From Chiloscyllium plagiosum (taxonomy: Eukaryota), in contig NC_057720.1 of the NCBI RefSeq assembly GCF_004010195.1, positions 12,348,183 through 12,400,402 of the forward strand: a DNA stretch of 52,220 bases. Direction: 5' to 3'. Within the stretch, counting starts at the first letter, position 1, and the number at the start of each line of letters is the position of its first letter. Below the pieces are notes generated by a model, which did not search any database, was not told the DNA's origin, and worked only from the letters and a program-made list of their open reading frames with translations. This document shows, in pieces, positions 1 to 13,000 of the stretch. The translations under genes and the position numbers were made by a program.

Positions 1-400
1 GAACCCTTGCAAGAGATCATCTCTAATGTTATCCAAAACATTAAAAAACATTTGAATTTAGTGTTAATGAACAGACATCAAGCAAAGTACTGCTTCAGAC
101 ATAAAAATGTTGAGACAAACTATGCTGATTAATACAAAAACCATTTCAACAGTTACAGCACATTGAACAGAATTTCAATTAAATTCTCCCTCAACAAATC
201 AACTGTAACATTTCCTTCAAATATACCTTTCAAAGCATGAATTGGAAAGTGATTGTCCATTCAACATTAGCAAAATGGAACTTGCTACAACTCAACTTTT
301 CCCCAATTGAAAACAGTATTTTATACTATTAAAATCAAATACTATAATACAGCAAACTTGACACTGGTCGCCTGCAAATTTATCCTCTCAATGCATATCT

Positions 401-530
401 GTCCTGAGGAAGGGTCACCAGACCTGAAATGATAACTTTGATTTCTCTTCACAGATGCTGCCAGACCTGAGCTTTTCCAGCAACTTCTGTTTTTGTTTCT
501 GATTTACAGTATCACACCTCTTTTGGATTT
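401..530 (+). mobile_element. Old Penelope-derived end fragment with a degenerate hammerhead
   Basis: CTGAGGA-AGGGTC acca GACCT-GAAA followed by a cagatgctgccagacctgagcttttccagc tail. Confidence 0.6.
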
Positions 531-3500
531 ACATAAATATCTGTTGGCTTCTCAGCTTTAATGGTGTAGTGGTTTCCTGGCCCACAGGACTGTACTAAGC
601 CAAATGGTTATTTGCAACCTATGAATACAGACTATTAGCAGTTTGACAGCTAATTTCTGTGACCCCCTTGGGAAGGGTTAGGGAGAAGACAGACAAGGGG
701 GAATATTTTCTGCTCTTAACTGTAAAGCAGTTACTGCTGTTGGCAGTGAGGAAATGGGAATATAAATGGGCTTGGTTGAAATATCCACTACCATAACTGG
801 GGAACAACCTTCAGACAACAGGTTATTATTGAACTATAATTCCTGGGAACAATATCAGCCAGATGGCTACCATCAGTCCAGGAAATTCACCCTAACTTGA
901 ATCTTCTTTAAAACAGACAAATGCAGAAAAGCAAAAAAAATTGACTTCCCTGTTTCCTTTATTCTTACAAGATAAGAATCACCAAACCAGTTGGACACAA
1001 TGAACTTACTAAGACCAATGATGAATGTAATTATAGGTTAGGTCTGGAGGTCAGTTAGCGACAAAATTATGTCTTTTTATTAGGATTCAGATGCATCCTT
1101 AAGATATATTGATTACATCATTCAGTGGACATACGTTTTTGGTCAGGTGTCATTACTCACCATGATTTTTTTTGTCAACGTTAAACTCTTCATGTACAAA
1201 TGACATCGCCTTACGAATCCTTGTTGTTAAATGTTAAAAGCTTCTTGGGGTGCTCAATGAAATCCACAGCAAGACAACGTTATCTGCCCATTGTGAAAAG
1301 TTTATTGTAGGGCACAACTTCTAAAATTAAGTTGAGCTGAGATTGTCAGTTTGACTATGTGACAAAAGGACCTGAAATGGACAAGGACATCAATGAAAAC
1401 GGGAAAAGGGTTGCTGTACTGTTGTCCATTGTTGCAATTGTGAAGTCTTCAGTAAAGACAGCGAAACAGGGTGAAGTGTAAATTTGAATGCAATACTGGG
1501 AAATGTTTTAAATGTGTTTTCAAAGCTACATCTACCTATATAAAAAGACAGTGGCATATATGATTTCAAACCAAGTATGGACAGCATCTTTTTTTGGATA
1601 CATCCCCAAATTAAGAACACAATCACATAACCTTCATTAGAAAATAACATGTATAAACTATCTATTTCAAAACTTAGATTATTTACACCATAAAATTTCA
1701 CAGTTCTCTTTCTTCATTTTTGTTACAAATACGATTAAAAAACCTTCAGTCTCGATTCTTAACATTCGACTTCAGGACAGAGCTTCATGCACAAACAAGA
1801 CTAACATTAAGAATTAACCTGCAGATGTCTTGTGGTTCTCGGTCACAGTACTCATTCGGCTCTCCACACCTAAAAACAAGCAGCCTGCAACACCTGGACA
1901 ACTGACCACCTCTTTTGTGGCTTTCCAGAGACAGAAGGCTTTCCTTAATGTTTACAAAATTCAGTTCTGTGAACTTGTGCCAGCTGTAAAACTAAGTTAC
2001 AATAATGGACACTAACTAAATTCAATAATGTGGACAGAACAATAATTCACTGTTTCAAATATCAAACAATTTTTTTCTATGTGAATCAATTGAAAAGCAT
2101 TCAAAACAACATAGAGATGTGACATACAAAGGTTGCTCCTCTTAAGAGTTTAGGATAGCTGCTCAGAACAATGTTATCCATGTCAGAAATTGCAACACTC
2201 CATTCTCACACCCAGCAAAATAAATTCAATGCCCAAAAGGTTTGTACAGTTTCCAACTTTTAAGTAATTTCTAGTACAATTCACAGCAAAAAGTCAACTT
2301 TGCTATTTAAAACATAATGCGCTCATTTAAAAATGCAAAATAATTTCCACCATTTGACACATCAACATAAACAGCAGATATTCATATCCATTTATTCAGT
2401 TGAACGTCAAGGCAATGAAATACAACACACCCCTGACCTACCTACCTTCAATCTAACCAAATTCCAAATGGTTCAAGTAAATCTAAAAAGAAAACTATCA
2501 CAGTATCATCTAAAAAAGGCTTTCCATTCTGCATTCCTCAAACATTATTTAATACAGTTTAGGAAATACTTACCCATAAAGGCTTTCATCAAAAAAAAAT
2601 CAGTAAAACTAATAAGTATAGTATCCTATCAGTTTAATTCCTACAAGCATGACATGCTAAGTACATGATCAGGACATTTCTGCAATGTTATTCATATTTC
2701 AATGTATCTCTTGACAAAGAAAAGAGAGGACATGGGCAAAAACAATTTCAAGTGTTATCGCACAGTAGGTCATCTCTATTTCGCAAGGTTTTAGGGTACT
2801 TACAGTGCAAAGCTCCTTGAAGGAACAGAATCAAGGATGGTGCACAGCATACGCCAGGTTACCCTTACAGAGCTAGCTCTACATTGGCTGGAACACACCT
2901 GTACTTCAATAAATACAGTGGCAAAGAGAGACTGCAAATGCATTCATCTTTTGCATAATTAAACTGAGCAACTACCAAAATATTCAAATGTAAGCAAGGG
3001 GGAAAAAATCTATTTTGCATAGAAACAACCATTTTCAAATTGAGGGAAAAATATGCAGAAGCAATTCAGATAATCTTTCAGGATTTTAAAATCGAAAATT
3101 CCAACTAAATAACGTGAAAAATAAAACAGCTGAAGCAGATCACAATGCATTAGAAAAACAATTCCATAGTCAATTTGAGGACCTACTTAACCATTAACGA
3201 ATACTTAGACTGATAACCTTACCATCAGCTTTCCTAAACTCCTTCTGTCAGAAAAAAGTGTTATGGGGCACTATTTTACATGGCAAAAACTGCAGACCAT
3301 ATAAACAAACTGACAAAATTCCTCAAACTTTGTCAGACATATAGCATAAAATTGCAAACAAAAGCTAAGGATGCCAGCCAAAAAATTAAATTACATTTTA
3401 TCTTCATATGTTGTTATAGAAATATTATGCAAAAGATATACTGCTTGCAACCTTGCATTATGCATCATTACTAATGAGCTAAATTGAAATCTTGATGGCT

Positions 3501-3681
3501 TCAGGAACGTGGACTATAGCAGCTATTTGGATCTGAATTGAATTATGCAAAAAAGTCTCAGCATGATCCAAGAGAAAATTCCACAACTCAGAACATGTTG
3601 TAAAAGGTTACAATTAGGTGCAAACATCATACTATGTATTTACCCATAGATCCAACTTACCCACAAAACAAGGGTTTTCAT

Positions 3682-3691
3682 TTTATTTATT
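3682..3691 (-). terminator. Proximal polyadenylation signal (overlapping AATAAATAAA)
   Basis: About 335 nt after the stop codon; followed by a GU/U-rich tract (ccttgttttgtggg). Confidence 0.65.
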
Positions 3692-4024
3692 GTCAAGCAC
3701 AAACAAGCATTTTCTTTTAAAAGTGAACAGGTATACAATGGAATTAATACATTTTACAACAGAAGCACGTCACTATAGTGACTGAATAGAAATTGAAATA
3801 CATATGCTGGAATGTTCAAACTATTGTGTTTCACTAAAAGCAAACCAAATTTGCATTTCTACACAAAATAATGGTTATCAAGTTCGCTACCTCTTAAGTA
3901 TGACAATAGCAAGAAACACTTTTTTTTAAACCAAAAAACAAAATTAAGATCTTCATCAAGCCGTCTGCATCCATTAATTTTACAAAGGCTTTTCCCCAAA
4001 TGACGCAAATATCTCCACTTCACA

Positions 4025-4033
4025 TTACTGGGC
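4025..4033 (-). CDS. FUBP1: FUBP1 terminal coding exon (AQ-stop), followed by 3' UTR
   Basis: tttcttttgtgcag|GCC CAG TAA; a two-residue last coding exon as recalled for FUBP1/KHSRP. Confidence 0.85.
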   Translation of the reverse strand, partial: AQ

Positions 4034-7000
4034 CTGCACAAAAGAAATACATAGAAATACACAAGTGGTTACCAACATGAAACAGTTCAAGGTCATCGAG
4101 TGTGGACAGGATCCTCTATCTGTGAAAGGAAAAGTTAAACTTAAGAGCCAACAGCCACTCTTCACTTTTTGCATTTCCTGTTGGGGTTGGAACTTTATGT
4201 AAGAACAGCCATTCAAATAATAAGCCATTCAATGCTCTTCAAATGTGTTCCTCTGAATGTAGTATGCAGTTAACTTTCAAGTGTACGAGGGTATTGATAT
4301 GCAGTGTGCATACTATTAAGTTCATCACTTTGCAAGTTACCAATGAGTCTCACTGAAGTTATGTAGGGATACATCAAGCTTTATTTCATGCCGAATCAAA
4401 AGCACACTTTCAACCGTGAATCTTTTATTTACTGGAATTTACCTGTGGGGGGGGTTGTTGCGCTGGCGGATGCTGGGGAATTCCTTGGGAGTTCGTCTGA
4501 CTGTAATAAGCTGCTTGCTGTCTGTAATACTCAGCCCACGCAGCACTGTAGTCTGGTTGCCCACCTGGCTGAGCTGCTGTACTAGAAGCTTGAGCTGCCT
4601 GACCTGAAACAACAAGTAGGACTGAATCATTGATCAAGTTCAGAAAACTCAAACACACTTGAATCATGCTTTTCAGATACATACATACTTTGTTTCTTGT
4701 AGTATTCTTCCCAAGCTTTTGTATAATCCTGTTGTGCTCCTTGTGGTTGTCCCTGTTGACCTAAACAAAAGATGGTTAACATTTTATTAAATAAATCTTA
4801 AAGTATTGAATGTTTAGGAAAACATTTAATTTCAGTCTTCAAAGTAATAGATTCCAACAAAAACATGGTTATAATCTACTCAGTCACCTAATATACAGAA
4901 ACTGCTGGATAAACTCAGGTGTGCCAGCTACCTCTGGAGAGAAAGCAGAATTAACATTTCAAGTGCAGTAACCCTTCTTCATTACAGAAATGGTAACTCT
5001 GCTGCTAACAAGCTGAGCTTCTCCAGGAATTTCTGTTTAAGATCTTCAGCATTCGCAGTTCTATGTTTTGTATCACTCATTCCCCTAGCTGGGTATTAAC
5101 TTCACAACTTCACGATGAAATACTTTCCTTAAAACAACTAAGGCTGCTTAAAATTGCTCTTTAGAACATCTTAAAACCATGACTGCAACAACTTCCATTA
5201 GGACTATTCAAAAATTTACTTTAAATTTGTAATTTCTAATTGTTGAGAACTGTACTGGAATGATTAATCAATATATTTGAATATAAATGCACAGGATTCT
5301 TATGTCATCTGCTTTTTGTGCAACAGGATTTTCTTTGGTGTGCTATGAGCAAAGATGCGATTCAACACCAGATGATCAGTGGCACAAAGATTTGCAAAGC
5401 TCCACCGTTAAGCAGGACAATGAACAAAGTCAATCTTGCTGTTGGGCAATGCTATTTTAAAAGTGTACCATGTCCACTTGTAAAGGGATGGGGCTTCTCT
5501 ACCACCTACCTTACAATCCAGCACAAAGCACAAGTAATATTTTAATTTTACAATTGCAAGGATTTTTACAATTGCAGCTTTCCCATCTTGTCTTTTATGA
5601 GTCTCCTTACTATCAACCTTAAATTTTGACAATCTAACCTCAAGTACTTACCTAATTTCTTGTAATATTCTTCCCAGGCTTTGGTATAATCAGTCTGAGG
5701 AGGTTGGGCTGGGTTGGGTTGGTTTGGATCAGCTGCTGATAAAAGTACAAAGCCATGATTATCATATTAACAACAAGGATATTAATTCCCAGAGGGAAGA
5801 AAGGAGGTTGACAGTTTATAACAATAGGAAACCTAAAAGCTGCTAGAAGAGATTTTCTAACCCTCTGTGGAAAATGATTCAGGCACATTATGCCACTGAT
5901 TTAAGAAACAGGGATAATAACCACTAATACTAGTTTCCAAAAGTCATCAGCTTATGAAGTTTCTTTTGGGGTAAGATGCAAGCTTAGTTCTCGAAGAATT
6001 TTTACAACTGCGGTAAATAACTCTGTCAGTGTCGCCAGAAGCTCTGATAAAATACTCAATGATTTACCCGGTGCAGAATTTGGGGTACTGCCCTGACCAG
6101 TGCTTGAAGGTGCAGGTGGCTGCTGTGCTTGTTGCTGATAATACTGAGCGTAATATGCTGCCCATGCAGCTGTATTTGCATCTCCAGCTTTATCTACAAC
6201 AGATTAAAAAAATTACATTACTGCTAGCACTCAAACACTGTAGATAAAATTGTATTCAATAACTTGAACATAACAGTAAACTCTGGGGATCATTTTCTTT
6301 TCCTCTTCTTCTGAAATGTCAAATCCTGCTTGTACATGATTCCACAAGTGCAAGCTACTCTCCAGGATACCATCCAACTGGTCAGTCAGCAAGCATGAGT
6401 CTCAACAGTGTAAAGATTGTTCAGCTCGTTAGCTAAGGAGGAAATCTCAGTTAAAGCCAACCCTGACCTCAACTGACACTGGGACTTGCATGCTTCTGAA
6501 ACAGGGATTACTAGATGTCAATTAAGGGTGGGAAACTTAAAGGATACCACCACATGTATCCTGGACAAGATCAGCCAAATATCAAGGGCAACTAATGATG
6601 GGAAATAAACACTGGCCAAGCCAGCGCTAACCACATCCCACGAATGAACAAATGTTAAGACACCAGGAATCAAACCTGGGCCCTGTGGGTCTATATAGTC
6701 CCAAAAACAGGATGTATTTATTAAAACAAAAATGAGCTACTGAAGAACTCAGTGGATTACTTTTAAAAATTTGCATGCAAAATATATTTTTTAAAATGGT
6801 CTTACTTGGATCTGGTTGGCTCTGTTGCTGCCAGGGCTGATAGGTATTCCCCCATCCTTGTGGAGCATATGGTGCTGGTGGACCACTGCAGAGGTAGAGA
6901 GATTACGTCATGGCAACATAGTACATATTGTAGTCAACTTTAAAACAATTGTGCTGTGTAAAATCAATTTACTTACTGTTGAGGAGGACCAGGTGGGCCT

Positions 7001-10000
7001 GGATTATAGGGCCCTGGATTATAGGGCCCCATAGGAGTTCCAGGTCCTGGAGGAGCAGGGGGCCCATGAGGGCCAGGAGGCAAGTGTGGTCCATGAGGAC
7101 CATGGGGACCAGGTGGCCCAGGAGGACCAGTAGGAGCCTAAATGCACAAACATACATTGTGAAATATAATCAGGTGTACAAAAAGATAAGTTCCTGCTAA
7201 GAGATCACCAGACCTCAAAACAAAAGCAAACATATAACAATTCTCCATGGAGTTAAATCGCGTAGAAGATATATTTTTAATGCAAGCATTCAACGGGCAT
7301 TCTGCCACAAGAATTGGAGGAGTTTCCTGTTTGGTGCCTCAAGCTTGTTCCATCATTCAAAGGAATGTTGGCGTTGATGTGACGTTAAATGAACATTCTG
7401 CCCGCACCATAACACAATAACTTGTTCATCAAAAATCTCAGTCTACTATATAACTAATGTCCCAGCATCAACTACTCTGTGAAAGACAATTCCACAGACT
7501 CAAAGAATCCTCAGGAAAAACATAACCTCTGCACCTGAGACTGAACTGGGAAACGCCTAATTTTTGATATGTGCTCCCATTTCTATGCTGAGCTGCAAGT
7601 GAGAACATAATTTCACCTTCCACATTGTCAAGTCCCCTCAGAAATGAACTTGTTTCAAGTTCCAACTTAGCCAACTTGTTTTTCACAAGAAAACACTTTA
7701 TCCCAGAAATGAGGCTTTCTACAAAATAATTTCCAGACCAATAAAACAAAGATCCAGACAGAAATGGAATCAACTTTATATTCGACAATATCCCTGCTGC
7801 GTTCAATGTGATAAAAATATCATTTTAGTTTTCAATATTAAGAAAGCTAGAAATGTAATCCTAATTTTCAGACTCTTGCTTTGGATTGTGACAAAAATTA
7901 GGAGATTAAAAACCCATTTTTTGAAAAGTCCACAATTTTACAGCAGCTAACTTGAAAATTAACAATGCATTCAGCAAACAGATTTAATCACCATACTGTC
8001 ACACTGGATGCTATAGGATAGTGCGCTATCAAGCACGAGGACACTGTGCTGGAACCATTGATCCCACTAAGGCTCAGTGAATTCACTGACTGGTTAACAT
8101 CTTGTATTTACATAGGTACTACAAATACCACAAAAAAAGTCTGAAACTGAGCCACAGGAGGAAGTCGGAAGGAAGAAAATCAAAATCTTGGTCCAAAAGG
8201 CAGGTTTTAACAAAGCCATGAATGAGTTAAGCATCAGATGAACTGAGGCATGGCAGAATTAAGTGAATTCAAAGATAAGGCTTAATGATGATACTCATCT
8301 CAGGATCATGTTACTTGGGTTGCGAAATGTTCGAGCCTCAGACCCGAGCAAGGGTGAGGGACAGAGTTATGATTAATGAATCAAATCTATAGTCAAGATT
8401 AAAAACAGTGGGTTCTGTCTTCAAAATATTTACTTAATGGAGGAAATTGCTTTACATTGAGTCTGGATCATATGCAAGTAATTTGCTAAGTTTAAGACAG
8501 TGGAAGAGTCGATTTTGAGGGATGGTGGTGAATTGGAAGTCAGGATGAACATTCTTTCAAAATCTGGCACTATCATAAAATGGCGCTACCCTCTCCAATC
8601 ACTTTAAAAGTAACTTTCTGGAAAGGCAGGTCAGGCTGCAAGAAATCACTCCCTGCTAACCAACAAGAATACAACAAATTCCTGGCGAAAGTAATAACCA
8701 AGGTGTGCTACATAAATTTCAACAGGTTTATTTGGAAGAACTAGCTTTCGGAGTGCTGCTCCTTCATCAGGTGGCTGTAGATCTTATACTCCACAACAGT
8801 CTGATGAAGGAGCAGCACTCCATAAGCTAGTGCTTTCAAATAAACCTGTTGGACTATAACCTGGTGTTTTGTGATTTTTAACTTTGTACACCCCAGTCCA
8901 ACACCAGCACCACCAAATGATACATAAATTCCATCAACTTGGTTTGCTTTTACACAACAGACATCAAGATTCTTCATTTTAACTTTCCATTCTACATTGG
9001 TAATGGTTCAATTCACTCCATCTCTGCCCATGATTGAACATCAGAACATATGACAAGACAGGACTAAATTATATGTCTCTCAAGCTTGTTCTGTCATAGA
9101 AAAAAATTCATGATTTTCTGTCCCAACTCCACTTTCCCACGCATTCCACACTTGCCTCAATTCCAAAAGACTACAAATCTGTACCCAAGTCTTAAATATT
9201 CTTTGCAATTTCAAAGAATCATACCAGTGAATTAAGAAATTTCTCAACTCAGCTTCAATTAATTCACCATTAATTTGAGATTGCTTGCCTTCTAGTTTCC
9301 TCAGTATCAACTCTGTTAAGATGCTTCAGAACCTCTCACATTTCGATGAGATATAAACTTCAAGGAGTGAAGGACCAGTTCACAGCCTTTCATAAAGAAC
9401 TCTCTGTACCCAGAATAAAGGCAATGAACTGCCATTGCACCACCTCCAATGCAAGCATAATTCCCAGAAATATGAACAAAACAGCAGACTGTACTGCAGT
9501 ATTGTCTCACCAAAGTCCTACAGTGTTTGTAGCATGACTTGCTTTTTCAAGTACTCCAATCCCCTTGAAATAAAGATTATTTGCCTTAATGACTAACGTA
9601 CCTCCATGCTAACTTTTTTCTTTGTAGAAGTAATCCAATTGTTCTGAACATCAACATCTTTCAAAAATGTTCTGCTTTTCTATGCTAAGTGAATAACCTC
9701 ACATTTGATCACAATTTACTCCATCAGCCATTGTTGCACAGAAAGTCAAGCTGTCTGTGTATATTTGGTGCAGTTTCAAATGCACGAATGAATGTCACAA
9801 CATCCCATATTCCTGAAGTGCTGTCCAATAGGTTAGCTACCAACCAGATCCAGAATTTGGAAATTTAGATGAGGTTGACTATATTTTCCTGCTACTAAGT
9901 TTAAAACAAAGTTAGTAATACACACTTTTGGGCAGGCGATATTCTTAAAAATTAAATTACATGTGCATGTGTACTTGTACCTTTTGTGTGTGTTTTTGGC

Positions 10001-13000
10001 ACCATGCCTCAATATGCCAATTAGATGGTTTTAAGACTTACCCCAATCTTCTCTTCAATAAGTTGTCGAGCATAATCAATCTGCTGAGTTGATCCACGAA
10101 TAATAAACATTTTAAAGTTGGGATCAGCATTTGGAGGTGGGTTTCTCTGAAGCTCTATCCGTGCCCCTGACTGTTGGCTAATTGCCTTTACAGTCTCACC
10201 ACCTAAAGCAGAGCAGATTTTCAGAAATTTGTGAACATTGATACCAATTGGGTTTTTAGTTAATTCTTTATGAATAAACAAACATTCGGTCTTAATACTT
10301 TTCAGTCACAATCAAAGACTGCTGGGAACTGCCACAGGACAGCAGAGTGACTCAACAGTTAGCACTGGTGCCTCACAGCGCCAAAGACCTGGATCCAATT
10401 CCACCTGCGGGCAACTATGTGTGGAGTTTGCACATTCTCTCAGAGTCTGCAAGAGTTTCTGCCAGATGCACCTGTTTCCTCCCACAAGCCAAAGATGTGC
10501 AGGCTACTTGGATTAACCATAGAAAATGCAGGGTTACAGGGAGAGGGTAGCAGGCTGGGACTCGGTGGCATGCTCTTTGGAGGGTTGTTGTGGCCTCGAT
10601 GTCCGGAATGGGCTGCTTCTACCCTGTAGGGATTCTATGAAAGTTGCATTCTTTCCTTGGTTAGATATAACAGAGGTTAGTCTCACAATAAAGCCTTCTG
10701 ATACTTCGTCCAAATTATCCACCTGTACTTTAACCTCCGAAGTCCAAATTTCCTCTCCACTATTCCCACACAACCGCTACCCCTTCTTAACATACAAAAC
10801 ACCTGGCATTCTGAATGACGTCTGATTACTTTCTCTCACTAATCTATTTCAATATGTCCCACCCCTCACCAATGCTGGAATACAGAACCTTTTTACATCA
10901 ATAGTTCAGACATGGAATTAGCCATGACATCAGCAATTCAGCATAGATGCTGCTTTGGGAATCTAGCTAATTCCATAAGGATGAAAAAAACTAGAACAAA
11001 CATAGATAAAATTAGATGCAGTAATATCATAAGCATCATTTGTGGGACACAAACACACTTATTAGGTTGAATGGCCTCAGTGAGATGTAAACACAATACA
11101 ATTGGAAAGACTTAACGTTATTTGAGCAATTCTGTAAAACAGGAAAATACCAGGACACACTCTGCACATGGCTATAACTGTATTTTAAATGAAACTACAA
11201 ACAGAGTAATTTTGCATGACACATTACCTTTGCCAATTATTATCCCAGTCTTGCTGCTCGGTACCGTGAAAGTGAACTCTTGAAGTCCACCAGGAGGGCC
11301 CATATTCCAATTTGCTTGGCCTCTCCCTCTTCCTCTGCCAGGCCCAGGACCACCAGGACCTGGAGGCATGCCAGCCTAAAAATGAGGGTGAAAAAAACTT
11401 CTGAACTATTCTTTATGGGATGTTCCCAACTGGCGAACAACACAAAAAAGTTTCCTAACTATCAACGTTCAATACAAGGTAGGAAAACAGCAAAATGTCA
11501 GTGAAGCACAATTATGACAAACATTTAAACCGACATGCTTAAAAGAAAGCATTTGTAACCTAACCTCCACACTTCGTAGGAGGTCTGTAAGTATTTCTGC
11601 AGCGTGCTGACATCTGTCGGGAGGGCCCAAGATCTGAGCTATCCTTTCTGGCGTCGTCCCGTCATCTTGTGATAAAAAAATTATTGGGAGGATTTTTTTT
11701 GGAAAGTTAAGAAAAGCATAAAATTTAAATGACTCAAATTGAAATGGGTTAGGCTTTAATAAATTCACCTGGCTTGAACTGAATCCTCACACCAGCATCG
11801 TTCTGTATCTTCTTAATCATTTCTCCGCTTCTCCCTATTACAATACCAACAGCAAAGCGAGGTACAGGGACCTAACAGAAAACATAATTAGTATATATTG
11901 TACTTTGACAAAGAGACCCTACGGACAAGACCAATGGCAATATGAATAATATTGTTTTTCAGGCACATCTGGCAATGAATTCAACCTGATGATAAATGAA
12001 AATTAAATAAAAACCAATCAAAAATAAACAGATCACTGCATTTCAGCAATTCACTGTAGAAGGGGTTGAAATAAAAAGTATTCAACCTTCAACTTATTTA
12101 CTTTATTTGCTGGTCAGTATGGCTTGCACTTACATCCAATGCTTCGTTTGTTCCTCCTAAACGGGATCCGTACTCATTACGCTGCTCTCTAAAACCACCT
12201 TGCTCTCGGTCACGAATTAGGTCCATCACCATATCCTTGGCTTGCTAAATCACACAATGGAAAAATAAATACTTGTACTCAATTTTTCTGATATTAGTAA
12301 CACTTATGATGACATAAGTTAGCAAAAACAATCATCCTACCTGTACTTTAAATGGATCTCCAGTGATGCGGAGGGGTTTATCTGATCCTGTTGGCTGAGG
12401 TCCATCTTGAATCATCACCATCTTGACTCCCGCACGCTCCTATTTTGCAACAAAACAACTCCATGTACCCACCTTTGCATGTCGAACCAAGTACCATACC
12501 TCAATACTTACAAAACAAGGTAAAAACAATAGAACATAATTCTTACTTGCAGTTGCTTGATTGTTTCTCCACCTTTCCCAATAACAAGTCCAGCTTTGCT
12601 CGCAGGAATCATAATCTCCTGCACTGAAGTACCTGGTCCATCTCCATGATGCGTACCGGGACCAATTCGGCCTCTTTCAACAATTTGATCAAGTAACCTC
12701 TTTGCAGCTCTATATCAACAAATACATTAAAAAGGTAGTTTTAAGTATACCTGAAATGAGAATGGTGGGTGAATGGGGAGAAGAAAAATACAAATATTAA
12801 TGACTTCCCTATCCACTACCAGACTTGAATATAAATTCAGAGCGATAACTGTAACTGGACTACTTGTGCTTACACCACACAGGTACACAAATGATCATTC
12901 TGCATTGTATTTATCCTAGGGTAAGTGCTATGGTACGCCATACAGAAATCACTCAACATTTTAAATATACTTACACAATGGAATCAGGACTTCCTGTCAG

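Noticed and set aside
6380..6700. Possible ancient SINE or conserved non-coding element in intron 16
   Set aside because: Looks like mixed decayed repeat tails; the family cannot be assigned without a library search
12302..12319. Hairpin ACTTATG-atga-CATAAGT with a C-box-like ATGATGA as a snoRNA
   Set aside because: The 7-bp AT-rich stem is expected by chance, the motif is antisense to the host gene and there is no convincing D box or terminal stem
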